A DNA stretch of 64,000 nucleotides from a bacterium. Its GTDB lineage: Bacteria > Myxococcota_A > UBA9160 > UBA6930. Positions 46,040-55,627 of the stretch are shown in pieces (position 1 is the stretch's first letter; the number at the start of each line of letters is the position of its first letter). The position numbers and the translations under genes were made by a program. The stretch is taken from the NCBI GenBank assembly GCA_024226235.1, contig JAAELW010000062.1, forward strand, positions 12,700-76,699, read 5' to 3'. Under the pieces are notes generated by a model. That model did no database searches. It saw nothing but the letters and a program-made list of their open reading frames with translations, and had not been told where the DNA came from.

Positions 46040-47008
46040 ATGAGGCATTGGGCACTCGCCATGCTCTGTTTCCTCCTCCCGGGCTGTTTCACGGGCCCCC
46101 CTCTCGCTCGCTATGCCGAACGATACGGTGTGGCCGCTCCCGGCGCCGAAGTCACGGCGACATTTCTCGGTTGTGCTTCACTGGCCTTTCGTGATCGCGA
46201 CGAGGCGGTCATGACGGATGGATTCTTCACCCGACCCGGGAAGCTCGCAGTTCTCTTCGATCGTCCGGTCGAGTCGGATCCGAATGTGGTGCGCACGGCC
46301 CTCGAGCGTATCGGCCTCGCCCGGGTGAGTGCGGTAGTTCCGATCCACTCCCACTACGACCACGCTCTGGATTCACCGGTGGTCGCCGCCCAGACGGGCG
46401 GTGTCGTGCTTGGCTCGAGCACGACGAAGGCGATCGCCGATGGTCTCGAACTCCGGAATGCAATCGTCGCGACGCCGGGTCGGGCATACGTCTACCCACC
46501 GTTCACAGTCACACTCTACGAGTCGAAGCATGGACCCATTGCGGAGGGCGGGCCACCGTTCCCCGGCTCTCTCGACTCACCACTCGCGATGCCGGCCCCC
46601 GTTTCGCACTATCTCGAAGGGGGCAGCTTCTCGGTCCACGTAGAGCACGAGTCCGCAGGTGCAGTGCTCGTCCATGGGAGTGCGGGCTTCGTTCCGGGGG
46701 CTCTCGACGATGTGCACGCCGACGCCGTCTATCTGGGGATCGGTGGGCTCTCCACTCTGGAGGAAGGCGAGCCCGGCTACATCGAGCGCTACTGGAATGA
46801 GGTAGTCGTAGCGAGTGGAGCAAAGATCGTGCGCCCCATCCACCACGACGATTTCACCCTGCCCTTCGGTAGCGAACGCGCCTTCCCGACCTGGATATTC
46901 GACGACCCTGCGATCGCTCTCGATGCCCTGTCAGCCATGGCCCTGCGCGACGGTGTGCGCCTCGAGATGCTGCCCATGCTCGAGCCCGTGTCGTTCGCTG
47001 GCCCATGA
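46040..47008 (+). CDS. MBL-fold metallo-hydrolase, predicted lipoprotein
   Basis: ATG 46040 gives MRHWALAMLCFLLPGC (lipobox). HSHYDH matches HxHxDH. Confidence 0.65.
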   Translation: MRHWALAMLCFLLPGCFTGPPLARYAERYGVAAPGAEVTATFLGCASLAFRDRDEAVMTDGFFTRPGKLAVLFDRPVESDPNVVRTALERIGLARVSAVVPIHSHYDHALDSPVVAAQTGGVVLGSSTTKAIADGLELRNAIVATPGRAYVYPPFTVTLYESKHGPIAEGGPPFPGSLDSPLAMPAPVSHYLEGGSFSVHVEHESAGAVLVHGSAGFVPGALDDVHADAVYLGIGGLSTLEEGEPGYIERYWNEVVVASGAKIVRPIHHDDFTLPFGSERAFPTWIFDDPAIALDALSAMALRDGVRLEMLPMLEPVSFAGP

Positions 47009-47064
47009 TCCCATCTTCGACAGGCGAACTCCTGCCGGCGATCGAGTTCGTGGGAGCGCCCCCA

Positions 47065-48039
47065 CTATCTTCCAAAGAGCTCGCGGTTGGCGCGGCGGAG
47101 GAAGAGCAGGCCGATGGCAGCGTTGAAGAGCACGAAGAAGTTGTGTTGTACGAAGCCGAAAGCGGTCATCTGGCCCTCATTGCCGGGAAAGAGGGTGGGC
47201 CAGAGCGTCACGGCTGCGGCTCTGAATGGACCCGGGATCAGCGTTCCGAAGAAGATCACGGGCAGGACGCCCAGCATTTCGATCGTGCCGATCTCGACAC
47301 CGAAGAGTGCCGCGGCCCGGGAGTAGACCCATACCGCGGCGAGCAGCGCTGGAGAGCGAAGCACGATCACGGTCAGGTAGTGCCACCAGTCGGCCTGACG
47401 GAACGCGGTGAAGATCTGGCGTTGCCGAATGGCGAGGTTCGAAGCGCGTTCGCTCCGAAACAGGTAGACCACCAGCACGAAGACCACACCTGCGGCCATC
47501 GCGACGATCGGGATTCCATGGAAGATCTCGGGCACGCGATCCCAGGAGACCGTGCTGCCCACCAGCGCCCAGGTGAGCAGGTAGTAGAACTCGCAGAACA
47601 TGATGAACAGCATGCACCCGCCCACCTGCCACGCGGGGACGCCGTCGCGTCGGTTCAGATAGAGGGCGATCGCGCCTTTGCCGACCTGCTCGTTCATGAT
47701 CGAGATGATGTAGGTGCTGGCGCGCACCGGAAACAGATCGCGATACGGCACCCGGGTATTGAACCAGGCGAGCACGCGCCACAAGATCAGGGTGTCGACC
47801 AGGAAGTAGAAGAACGAGTAGGGCACCATCAGCGCGAGCCAGGCGATCCAGTCGACGGAAGCGAAGATCTCCGCCAGGTAGCCGCTGGCAGACAGGCCCT
47901 TGCGTCCGGCCTCTCCTGCAATCCGGGAGTAGAGGTAGCCGAAGCAGGCGATCGTGATCGCCCAGGGGAGCAGATGCTGCCCCCATCCCTTCTTTTTGGG
48001 TTCTGCGGTCTCCGGACCTTCGTGCGAGGGATCGGTCAT
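47065..48039 (-). CDS. polytopic membrane protein, lysylphosphatidylglycerol-synthase TM-region / flippase-like (UPF0104) family
   Basis: 324 aa with about 8 TM segments. The pattern VRASTYIISIMNEQVGKGAIALYL is reminiscent of the UPF0104 family. Assignment is by eye only. Confidence 0.55.
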   Translation of the reverse strand: MTDPSHEGPETAEPKKKGWGQHLLPWAITIACFGYLYSRIAGEAGRKGLSASGYLAEIFASVDWIAWLALMVPYSFFYFLVDTLILWRVLAWFNTRVPYRDLFPVRASTYIISIMNEQVGKGAIALYLNRRDGVPAWQVGGCMLFIMFCEFYYLLTWALVGSTVSWDRVPEIFHGIPIVAMAAGVVFVLVVYLFRSERASNLAIRQRQIFTAFRQADWWHYLTVIVLRSPALLAAVWVYSRAAALFGVEIGTIEMLGVLPVIFFGTLIPGPFRAAAVTLWPTLFPGNEGQMTAFGFVQHNFFVLFNAAIGLLFLRRANRELFGR

Positions 48040-48962
48040 CGAGATTCCTTCTGGGCGGTGGCAGCGAACGTATGCTGGAGGGTGTCACTCAAGGGGGTCA
48101 GTTCCATGCCGAGACGCCGGCAGGCGGGCCCGGGGTCGATGTCGTCATCGTGCTCCAACACACCGAGCATCGCTCGGGTGAGTGGGGGTGCAGCGGACAA
48201 GAGTTCGAAGATTCCCGCGATTCCAAGCAGAAGCGCCGCTGGGAGGGGTACGATCCGCGGGCTCTTCCCGAGGATCGCCGCTACTCGTGCGACGAGTTCG
48301 CGGTGGGAAAGGGATTCGGGGCCCGCAAGATCGAGGCCTCCGTTCGAGCTGTCGTCTTCGTCAGCCGCTCGCTGGATGGCCGTTACGACATCGCGGGCAT
48401 CGATCGGCTGCTCTCGGCTCGCGCCGCCCCGAGTCAAGAAAGTGATCGGGGCGCACGCTTGTCCTCGCAGAGCACCGGCCGCGATCTCATCCGGGCCGAG
48501 CACCATGGGCACCCGCAGGGTCGTCGCTGGCGTCGGGCCCGAAGTGAGGATGGCTTCGGCACGGGCCTTCGAAGCGAGGCAGCGGTTCCGGGAAGCCGGA
48601 TCCGCGCCGAGAATGCTCATGTAGACGATTCTCGCCGCGCCGGCCTTCTCTGCGGCTCGGGCGAGCACTTCGCAGGTTCGCTCATGGGCATCCTCGTAGC
48701 GTGCCGCTCGACCCTCTTTCAGGATGCCGACCAGATGGACCCATGTGCTGCAGCCCTCGCCTGCGGCTACCAGCGCGGATTCATCTGCGTAGTCGAGGAT
48801 GTGCACGTCAGGGCGAAGCGAGTCGGGCAGCTCAGACAGCGTTGAGGCAGCGCGTTGCGAACGCACGGCCGCCCGGACGGGTCGCGCATCGCCAACGGCG
48901 CGAATCAGATCCCGGCCCAGGTGGCCGTTGGCGCCGGTGACGAACAGGGGGGCAGCGGACAC
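48036..48962 (-). CDS. NAD(P)-binding Rossmann protein (NmrA / NAD-dependent epimerase-dehydratase-like)
   Basis: FVTGANGHLGRDL glycine-rich loop. I prefer GTG 48962, which places the loop at residues 8-14. The track ORF starts at GTG 49067. The stop overlaps the downstream start (ATGA). Confidence 0.75.
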   Translation of the reverse strand: MSAAPLFVTGANGHLGRDLIRAVGDARPVRAAVRSQRAASTLSELPDSLRPDVHILDYADESALVAAGEGCSTWVHLVGILKEGRAARYEDAHERTCEVLARAAEKAGAARIVYMSILGADPASRNRCLASKARAEAILTSGPTPATTLRVPMVLGPDEIAAGALRGQACAPITFLTRGGASREQPIDARDVVTAIQRAADEDDSSNGGLDLAGPESLSHRELVARVAAILGKSPRIVPLPAALLLGIAGIFELLSAAPPLTRAMLGVLEHDDDIDPGPACRRLGMELTPLSDTLQHTFAATAQKESR

Positions 48963-49086
48963 CCTGGGACCATACCACGAGCGCCGTGCCTCGCGGTTGG
49001 CCCGAAAGCCGGTCCCGATCGCCGGGTGGCTCCGCACGGATCGTGCCGCCCCCTGAGCCACCACCACCCGCTAGGATTCAACGGTC

Positions 49087-49836
49087 TTGTTCCCCCTGCG
49101 TGACGACAATCCGACCCTCTTCGCCTCCGCTGCCACGGTGGCTCTGATCGGAGCCAATGTCGCTGCCTGGGTGCTGATTCAGGGTTTTGGAGCGGAACCA
49201 GCCCTGGTGCGCTCGATCTGTGAACTCGGTGCGATTCCCGGCGAACTGCTCGGCAATCTGGTGCCCGGTACCGAGATTCCCCTCGGGCCGGGCCTCGTCT
49301 GCCGAATCGATGCGCAGCCGAGCTGGATCACGGTCTTCAGCTCGATGTTCCTGCATGGAGGCTGGTTCCACTTGCTCGGGAACATGTGGTTCCTGTGGCT
49401 GTTCGGCGACAACGTCGAGGATTCGATGGGCCGCGGACGTTTCGTCATATTCTACTTGCTATGCGGTCTGGCAGCGGTCGCGGCCCAGATGGCGAGCAAT
49501 CCCGACAGTGCGATTCCGATGGTGGGCGCCTCCGGTGCAATCGGTGGTGTGATGGGAGCCTACGCTGTGCTGTATCCGAAAGCGGGTGTTCACATGCTCC
49601 TGGTCCTCGGCTTCTATGTGGACCGGATCGTCGTGCCCGCATGGGCGATGCTCGGCTACTGGTTCCTGCTCCAGATCGTGGGTGGTCTTCCGTCGCTGAG
49701 CAGTGAGGGGGGTGGCGTCGCATTCTGGGCCCATATCGGTGGCTTCGCGGCCGGTGTCGTGCTCATCTTCCCGTTTCGAAGTGAGCAGCGCCTGGCCGCC
49801 CACCGGGCTCTGGTCGCGAGACGATCCTGGCGGTAG
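49087..49836 (+). CDS. rhomboid-family intramembrane serine protease
   Basis: FLHGGWFHLLGNMWFLWLFG and the catalytic GASGAIGGVMGAY. TTG start. Confidence 0.9.
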   Translation: MFPLRDDNPTLFASAATVALIGANVAAWVLIQGFGAEPALVRSICELGAIPGELLGNLVPGTEIPLGPGLVCRIDAQPSWITVFSSMFLHGGWFHLLGNMWFLWLFGDNVEDSMGRGRFVIFYLLCGLAAVAAQMASNPDSAIPMVGASGAIGGVMGAYAVLYPKAGVHMLLVLGFYVDRIVVPAWAMLGYWFLLQIVGGLPSLSSEGGGVAFWAHIGGFAAGVVLIFPFRSEQRLAAHRALVARRSWR

Positions 49837-49886
49837 GCCGCCCACCCGACCTTTGCCTGCAGCCACCCGATGAAGGAGGAGAAAGC

Positions 49887-50696
49887 ATGAACGAAATGTT
49901 CGAGACGGTCCGCGAAGCCGCGCTCGCCTGGACACCGGATCTGATCGCGGCAGCTGCGATCCTGGTGCTGGGCTGGTTCGGGGCGAAGCTCGCCCAGTTT
50001 CTGCTACGTCGCGGGATGCGGCGCGCCGGCGCGGAGCCCACGTTGGTCCGCTTTGCTGCAAGCCTCACCCATGTGGCGTTGATGGCGATGGTGGTGATCT
50101 CCGCTCTCGGCCGATTGGGTGTGAACACCACTTCTTTTGCTGCGTTGATTGCTGCGGCTGGCCTGGCCATCGGTCTGGCCTTCCAGGGTTCTCTGTCGAA
50201 TTTTGCATCGGGCGTGCTGCTGATCGTGTTCCAGCCCTTCGAAGTGGGCGACTACGTGGAGGCAGCGGAAGTGAGCGGGACAGTCGAAGAGATCCAGGTA
50301 TTCAATACCGTACTGAAGACTCCCGACAACAAGAAGGTGATCGTGGGCAATGCCGCGGTCACTGCCGCCAGCATCACGAATTACTCCGCGTACGACACGC
50401 GACGCGTGGACATGGTGTTCGGCATCGGATACGCGGACGACATAACCCACGCACGGCAAGTGATCGAGAGCATCCTGGCTGCCGACGACCGGGTCCTCAC
50501 AGAGCCCGAAACGACCATCGCGGTCTCCGAACTGGCAGATTCGAGCGTGAACTTCGTGGTTCGTCCCTGGGTCGCAACCGGGGATTACTGGGCCGTCCAC
50601 TGCGATGTCCACGAAAAGATCAAGACCCGGTTCGACGCCCAGGGTATCTCGATCCCGTTCCCGCAGAGGGACGTGCACCTGCACCAGGTAGCCTGA
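49887..50696 (+). CDS. small-conductance mechanosensitive channel (MscS family)
   Basis: Three N-terminal TM segments followed by the MscS beta-domain (VGDYVEAAEVSGTVEEIQVFNTVLKTPDNKKVIVGN). An AGGAGG SD is present. Confidence 0.9.
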   Translation: MNEMFETVREAALAWTPDLIAAAAILVLGWFGAKLAQFLLRRGMRRAGAEPTLVRFAASLTHVALMAMVVISALGRLGVNTTSFAALIAAAGLAIGLAFQGSLSNFASGVLLIVFQPFEVGDYVEAAEVSGTVEEIQVFNTVLKTPDNKKVIVGNAAVTAASITNYSAYDTRRVDMVFGIGYADDITHARQVIESILAADDRVLTEPETTIAVSELADSSVNFVVRPWVATGDYWAVHCDVHEKIKTRFDAQGISIPFPQRDVHLHQVA

Positions 50697-50732
50697 TCGG
50701 TCTTCCCGAGACTCGGGCAGAACTCGTCCAGG

Positions 50733-51602
50733 TCAGCTCGTGAGCAGTCGCTCGCGAGCGCCGTAGCCGTTGAGCCCGTTCTCTCGCAGGAATGCCACCA
50801 GAAGGATCCCGGACTCCCGCGCCAGATCCACGGCCAGGGAGGTGGGGGCCGAGAGGGCGGCAATCACCGGAATCCGAGCTGCCAGGGCCTTTTGAACGAT
50901 CTCGAACGAGACTCGTCCCGACACCAACAGAACGTGGCCTGTAAGTGGCAAGAGGTCCTTGCGCAGTGCCCATCCGATGGTCTTGTCCACCGCGTTGTGC
51001 CGGCCGACATCCTCTCGTGCAACCAACAGCTTGCCTTCGGCATCGAAGAGCCCCGCTGCGTGCAGGCCGCCGGTTTCTTCGAAGACGACCTGGGCCTTGC
51101 GAAGATGCTCGGGCAAGCTGTGGAAGAAGCCCGGCTCGAAGCGAGCGGAATCGTCTAGAGGTGGGGCCACGCGCAACGCGACCTCGAGGCTGCCCTTTCC
51201 ACACACGCCACAGCTCGAGTTGGCGAAGAAGCTGCGGCGCAGTGATTCGAGATCCAATGGGCTCTCGCCCGCGAGGTTCACGCGAACTACGTTCGCATCG
51301 TCGTCGCCCCCGCTCTGATGATGCACCGAGATCAGTTCCCGACTGGAAGACGCGATCCCCTCGGTGACCAGGAATCCGGATACGAGTTCGAGATCGTGCC
51401 CGGGGGTTCGCATCACCACGGCCAACGAGGTGCCGTCCACCTGGATTTCCAGCGGCTCCTCGTGGGCCACCCGATCGACCGATACTTCGACGCTCTTGCC
51501 GTGGCGGAGCCGTGCGATTTCCACGGTCCGGCTGCCCTCGTGGATCGCGTCGTTCTGCTCGTTCATCAGTGGAGAAGAGTCAGGCCCTGGGGCACGCTTC
51601 AT
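50733..51602 (-). CDS. fdhD: formate dehydrogenase accessory sulfurtransferase FdhD
   Basis: EEPLEIQVDG, MRTPGHDLELVSGFLVTEG, and the active-site loop NSSCGVCGKGS. ATG 51602 overlaps the sufT stop (ATGA). An alternative ATG lies at 51566. Confidence 0.85.
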   Translation of the reverse strand: MKRAPGPDSSPLMNEQNDAIHEGSRTVEIARLRHGKSVEVSVDRVAHEEPLEIQVDGTSLAVVMRTPGHDLELVSGFLVTEGIASSSRELISVHHQSGGDDDANVVRVNLAGESPLDLESLRRSFFANSSCGVCGKGSLEVALRVAPPLDDSARFEPGFFHSLPEHLRKAQVVFEETGGLHAAGLFDAEGKLLVAREDVGRHNAVDKTIGWALRKDLLPLTGHVLLVSGRVSFEIVQKALAARIPVIAALSAPTSLAVDLARESGILLVAFLRENGLNGYGARERLLTS

Positions 51603-51913
51603 TCCATTCCGAGTTCGAGCCTGGCCGCATCGGACATCATTGACGGGCTCCAAGGCGGCTCCCAGACCAGGTCGAGCATCACGTCGGTGACATCTTCGAC
51701 GGTCCGAGCCTTCGCCTCCACCTCGGGAGGCAGGGTCTCGGCCACCGGGCACATCGGAGAGGTAAGCGTCATCACGATCCTGACCTCACCGGAATCATCC
51801 GACTCGACCTCGTAGATCAGTCCGAGTTCGTAGATGTCGACCGGAATCTCCGGATCGTAGACCGTGTGGATCATCTCGATCACGCGTTGCTTGATCTCTT
51901 CAGCTTTGGCCAC
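51599..51913 (-). CDS. sufT: Fe-S assembly protein SufT (DUF59/MIP18 family)
   Basis: VYDPEIPVDIYELGLIY...LTSPMCPVAE is a DUF59 signature with the conserved Cys. Confidence 0.8.
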   Translation of the reverse strand: MAKAEEIKQRVIEMIHTVYDPEIPVDIYELGLIYEVESDDSGEVRIVMTLTSPMCPVAETLPPEVEAKARTVEDVTDVMLDLVWEPPWSPSMMSDAARLELGME

Positions 51914-51925
51914 CGGGTGCTCTCC

Positions 51926-52381
51926 TCATTCGGTCTTGGCAGTTTCGCCACCGTTTTCGAGTGCGGACTTCAACGTATGCCAGGCGAGCGTTGCGCACTT
52001 TACCCGCATCGGAAACTCGCGAACTCCCGCAAAGACGGCGAGCTTTCCGACGCCCTCCGTTTCCGGAGCGTCCATCGCGGGGCCGGTCACCAGATCGTGG
52101 AAGGACTCGAAGAGCGAGAGGGCCTCCTTCACCGGCGCGCCCTTGATGGCTTCCGTCATCATCGAGGCCGAAGCCGTCGAGATGGCACAACCCGAGCCCT
52201 GGAAGCTGGCATCGATGACCCGTCCGTCCTGTACCTGCAGATAGACCGTCACCTTGTCTCCGCATAGCGGGTTGAAGCCGTCGGCCTCGTGGCTCGGGCC
52301 GTCCGGGACGCGGAAATTTCTCGGCTTCTTGTTGTGGTCGAGGATCGTGGTCTGATAGAGCTCACGCAGGTCGTCCATCAT
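51926..52381 (-). CDS. sufU: Fe-S cluster scaffold / sulfur acceptor SufU
   Basis: LYQTTILDHNKKPRNF, NPLCGD and GSGCAIS motifs. Confidence 0.88.
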   Translation of the reverse strand: MMDDLRELYQTTILDHNKKPRNFRVPDGPSHEADGFNPLCGDKVTVYLQVQDGRVIDASFQGSGCAISTASASMMTEAIKGAPVKEALSLFESFHDLVTGPAMDAPETEGVGKLAVFAGVREFPMRVKCATLAWHTLKSALENGGETAKTE

Positions 52382-53598
52382 CGGAACATCTCGATCGCTT
52401 TGTGAAGCCCCGCGATCAGATGGTCCAGATCTTCGCGAATGTTGTAGAGGCCCAATGATGCGCGGGCCGTAGCCGGCACGTCGAAGCGTTCCATCAGGGG
52501 TTGGGCGCAGTGGTGGCCGGCGCGGATCGCAACGCCCTCCATATCGAGGATCGTGCCGAGATCGTGGGGATGGATCCCTTCGACCACGAATGAGAGGACA
52601 CCTGTCTTTTTCGCAGCCGTGCCGATCAGGCGCACTTCGGGGATGGCTTCGAGCAGTTCCTTCCCGTACGCCGTGAGCTCCAACTCGTGATGCTCGATTG
52701 CGTCCAGCCCGATGCCTGCGAGGTAGTCGATCGCCGCCCCGAGGCCGATGGCACCTGCAATATCCGGAGTGCCGGCCTCGAACTTGTAGGGGGCCGATTT
52801 GAAGGTGCTCTTCTCGAACGAGACGGTCTCGATCATGTCGCCGCCGCTCTGATACGGGGCCATCGCTTCCAACAGTTCGGCGCGGCCGTAGAGGACGCCC
52901 ATGCCGCTCGGGCCGTACAGCTTGTGGCCCGAAAAGACATAGAAGTCACAGCCGAGTTCTCGGACGTCGACGCCGAAGCGGGGAACGGCCTGGGCACCGT
53001 CGAGTAACACCGGGATGCCGCGCTCGTGCGCGATCGCGACGATCTTGCGCACCGGGTTGATCGTACCGAGCGCATTCGAGACATGGCTGGCCGCGACGAT
53101 CCGGGTCCGCTCCGAAAGCATGGCCTCGAAGGAATGCATCTCGAGTTCGCCGGCGTCGTTGATCGGCACGACCCGCAAGCGCGCGTTCTTCTCCTCGCAG
53201 AGAAGCTGCCAGGGAACGATGTTGGCGTGATGCTCGAGCGTCGTGATCACCACCTCATCGCCCGCCGCCAGGTTCTGACGGCCCCAGCTCGCCGCTACCA
53301 GATTGATCGATTCGGTGGCGTTTCGGGTGAAGACGATCTCCCGGCTTTCGGCGGCGCCAAGGAATGCGGCCACCTTCTCGCGGGCCTCCTCGTGCATCCG
53401 CGTGATCCGTTCCGACAACTCGTATACGCCACGATGGATGTTTGCGTAGTGGTTCTCGTAGCAGTCGCTGATGGCGTCGATCACCGCGCGGGGTTTCTGG
53501 GCGCTGGCGGCGGTATCCAGGTAGACGAGAGGCTTCCCCCGATTCGTTCGCTCGAGAATCGGGAAGTCGCTGCGCGCGGCGTAGGGGTCGAAGCTCAT
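52378..53598 (-). CDS. sufS: cysteine desulfurase SufS
   Basis: Group II desulfurase with FSGHKLYGPSG (PLP Lys) and RAGHHCAQP (the catalytic Cys loop). Confidence 0.93.
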   Translation of the reverse strand: MSFDPYAARSDFPILERTNRGKPLVYLDTAASAQKPRAVIDAISDCYENHYANIHRGVYELSERITRMHEEAREKVAAFLGAAESREIVFTRNATESINLVAASWGRQNLAAGDEVVITTLEHHANIVPWQLLCEEKNARLRVVPINDAGELEMHSFEAMLSERTRIVAASHVSNALGTINPVRKIVAIAHERGIPVLLDGAQAVPRFGVDVRELGCDFYVFSGHKLYGPSGMGVLYGRAELLEAMAPYQSGGDMIETVSFEKSTFKSAPYKFEAGTPDIAGAIGLGAAIDYLAGIGLDAIEHHELELTAYGKELLEAIPEVRLIGTAAKKTGVLSFVVEGIHPHDLGTILDMEGVAIRAGHHCAQPLMERFDVPATARASLGLYNIREDLDHLIAGLHKAIEMFR

Positions 53599-54875
53599 GT
53601 TCTTTGCCCAGTGGCTTCGAGCTTCTCCAGGAAGACGGCGCTCATCGCTTCCGCGAGCGACGGTTCAGGCAGAGCAGACAAGACCTCCGCGGCGAAGCCT
53701 CGTGTCAGAAGCCCGCGGGCTTCGTCCTCTCCGATGCCGCGGCTCCGGAGGTAGAAGAGGGATTCCGGGTCCAGCCGCCCGATGGCCGCACCGTGACTGC
53801 ATTTCACGTCGTTTGCATAGATCTCGAGCTGGGGTTTGGTATCGATCTCGGCGCCGTCAGACAGCAGGAGATTCGGATTCGACTGGGTAGCTTCGCTCTT
53901 CTGGGCGTCCGGCCGAACGACGACGCGGCCGCGGAAGACGCCGCGGGCACTCCCGGTCAGCACGCCCTTGTAGAGCTCGCGGCTGGTGCAATGCGGAACT
54001 GCATGGTCCACCCAGGTGTGGTTGTCGATCAAGCCCTCGCCGAGGCCGAGATACAGACCGTTCATCGTGCACTCTGCGCCCTCACCCGCCAGCACGACTT
54101 CCAGGTCGTTTCGTACGAAGCGGCCGCCCAGACTGATGGTATGTGTGCGCAGACGCCCATTCCGCTCGACACGGCCCGCCACATGCCCGACGTGAAAACT
54201 CGTGCCTCCGGCGCGCTGGAGGATCACCAGGTCGAGAGATGCTTCCTCTGCGATCTCGACCTCTACGACCGAGTTGGCAAAGTGGCGAGCGCCGGCGAGC
54301 GAGACATGGTCCAGGATGATCGTTCCGCGGCTTCCCCTTTCGGCGTCGATCACGACGCGTGGATGGCTCGCCGCGTCCTCGGAGCCCTGCGCAAAGACGA
54401 GATGCACTGCACGCGGGTCGTCGCCGTGGACGCGGACCCGGGCTCCGTCGCAGGCGAGGGCGCCATTCAACGCGACGAATGGATGGGCCTTGGCATCGGC
54501 CAGGCGGCCCAGAAGCGCGGGAGGAGCCGGAGTCGAACCGAGGGTTTCGACCTCTGACGCACCAGGCGATCCGTGGAGTTCGGGGTGATGGTGTCCATCG
54601 ATGAAGACTTCGAGCCCACAGGCGAAGATCGGTGTCGCGACGTCCTCGATCGCGCTGCGAGGCGGAGCGAGCGGTTCGTGGAGTGCTGCCCATTCGATGC
54701 CGGCCAGGTGCGCGATGTTCGTATGGCGCCACTCTTCCTGCTTCATCGTCGGAAGGCCCCGGTCGGTGAAGGCCGCGGTGGCTTCGCGTCGCAGCTCCAC
54801 GAACGCAGGCGGCGGAATCCGTTCCGTCGCCTGTGCCAGGAACCGAGCCTGTGCACTTTGCAGCGCGTCCTTCAC
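53595..54875 (-). CDS. sufD: Fe-S cluster assembly protein SufD
   Basis: 426 aa with a SufB/D beta-helix pattern (PQLEIYANDVKCSHGAAIG). It has 4-nt overlaps with both neighbours. Confidence 0.88.
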   Translation of the reverse strand: MKDALQSAQARFLAQATERIPPPAFVELRREATAAFTDRGLPTMKQEEWRHTNIAHLAGIEWAALHEPLAPPRSAIEDVATPIFACGLEVFIDGHHHPELHGSPGASEVETLGSTPAPPALLGRLADAKAHPFVALNGALACDGARVRVHGDDPRAVHLVFAQGSEDAASHPRVVIDAERGSRGTIILDHVSLAGARHFANSVVEVEIAEEASLDLVILQRAGGTSFHVGHVAGRVERNGRLRTHTISLGGRFVRNDLEVVLAGEGAECTMNGLYLGLGEGLIDNHTWVDHAVPHCTSRELYKGVLTGSARGVFRGRVVVRPDAQKSEATQSNPNLLLSDGAEIDTKPQLEIYANDVKCSHGAAIGRLDPESLFYLRSRGIGEDEARGLLTRGFAAEVLSALPEPSLAEAMSAVFLEKLEATGQRT

Positions 54876-55627
54876 GCGCCTGCCTCCTCGATCCAGCCGT
54901 AGCCCTTCTCTTCGAGCTCGAGCGCCAGCTCCCTGCCCCCGCTGCGAACGATGCGCCCCTCGGAGAGGACGTGCACGACATCCGGCACGATGTAGTCGAG
55001 GAGCCTCTGGTAGTGGGTGATCACCAGCATCGAACGTTCCGGGCTTCGCAGATGGTTCACACCCGTTGCGACCACGCGCAGCGCGTCGATGTCGAGGCCC
55101 GAATCCGTTTCGTCGAGAACCATCAACTTCGGTTCGAGAAGCAGCATCTGGAGCACTTCGTTTCGCTTCTTCTCTCCTCCGGAGAAGCCCTCATTGATCG
55201 AGCGGCCCATCAAGTCCTTGGGCATCTCGACGATCTTCATCTTCTCCTTGACGACGGAGAGGAAATCCATCGCGTCGAGCTCTTCTTCCCCCCGATGCGT
55301 GCGGATCGCATTGAGTGAGGCCTTCAAAAAATAGTTGTTCGTCACGCCCGGGATCTCGACCGGGTACTGGAATGCGAGGAAGATCCCCTCTCTCGCGCGT
55401 TGCTCCGGGTCGAGCTCCTGCAGGTTCTTCCCCTGGTAGAGGATCGAACCCTTCGTGACTTCGAAGGCCGCTCGACCCGAGAGAACACCGGCCAGGGTGC
55501 TCTTGCCGGAGCCGTTCGGGCCCATGATGGCATGGATTTCGCCGGGCCGGATCGTGAGGTCGATCCCCTTCAGGATCTCCGCGTCGCCCGCCGTAGCGTG
55601 AAGGTTCTCGATCTCGAGCATCGTCAC
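54872..55627 (-). CDS. sufC: Fe-S cluster assembly ATPase SufC
   Basis: Walker A GPNGSGKST, signature FSGGEKKR, and Walker B LMVLDETDSGLD. GTG 55627 or ATG 55621. Confidence 0.95.
   Translation of the reverse strand: MTMLEIENLHATAGDAEILKGIDLTIRPGEIHAIMGPNGSGKSTLAGVLSGRAAFEVTKGSILYQGKNLQELDPEQRAREGIFLAFQYPVEIPGVTNNYFLKASLNAIRTHRGEEELDAMDFLSVVKEKMKIVEMPKDLMGRSINEGFSGGEKKRNEVLQMLLLEPKLMVLDETDSGLDIDALRVVATGVNHLRSPERSMLVITHYQRLLDYIVPDVVHVLSEGRIVRSGGRELALELEEKGYGWIEEAGA

Noticed and set aside
50706-50718. The palindrome CCCGAG-a-CTCGGG between the convergent MscS and fdhD genes, considered as a terminator.
   Set aside because: The stem is only about 5 bp once a viable loop is allowed, and there is no U-tract. 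The evidence is too weak to annotate.
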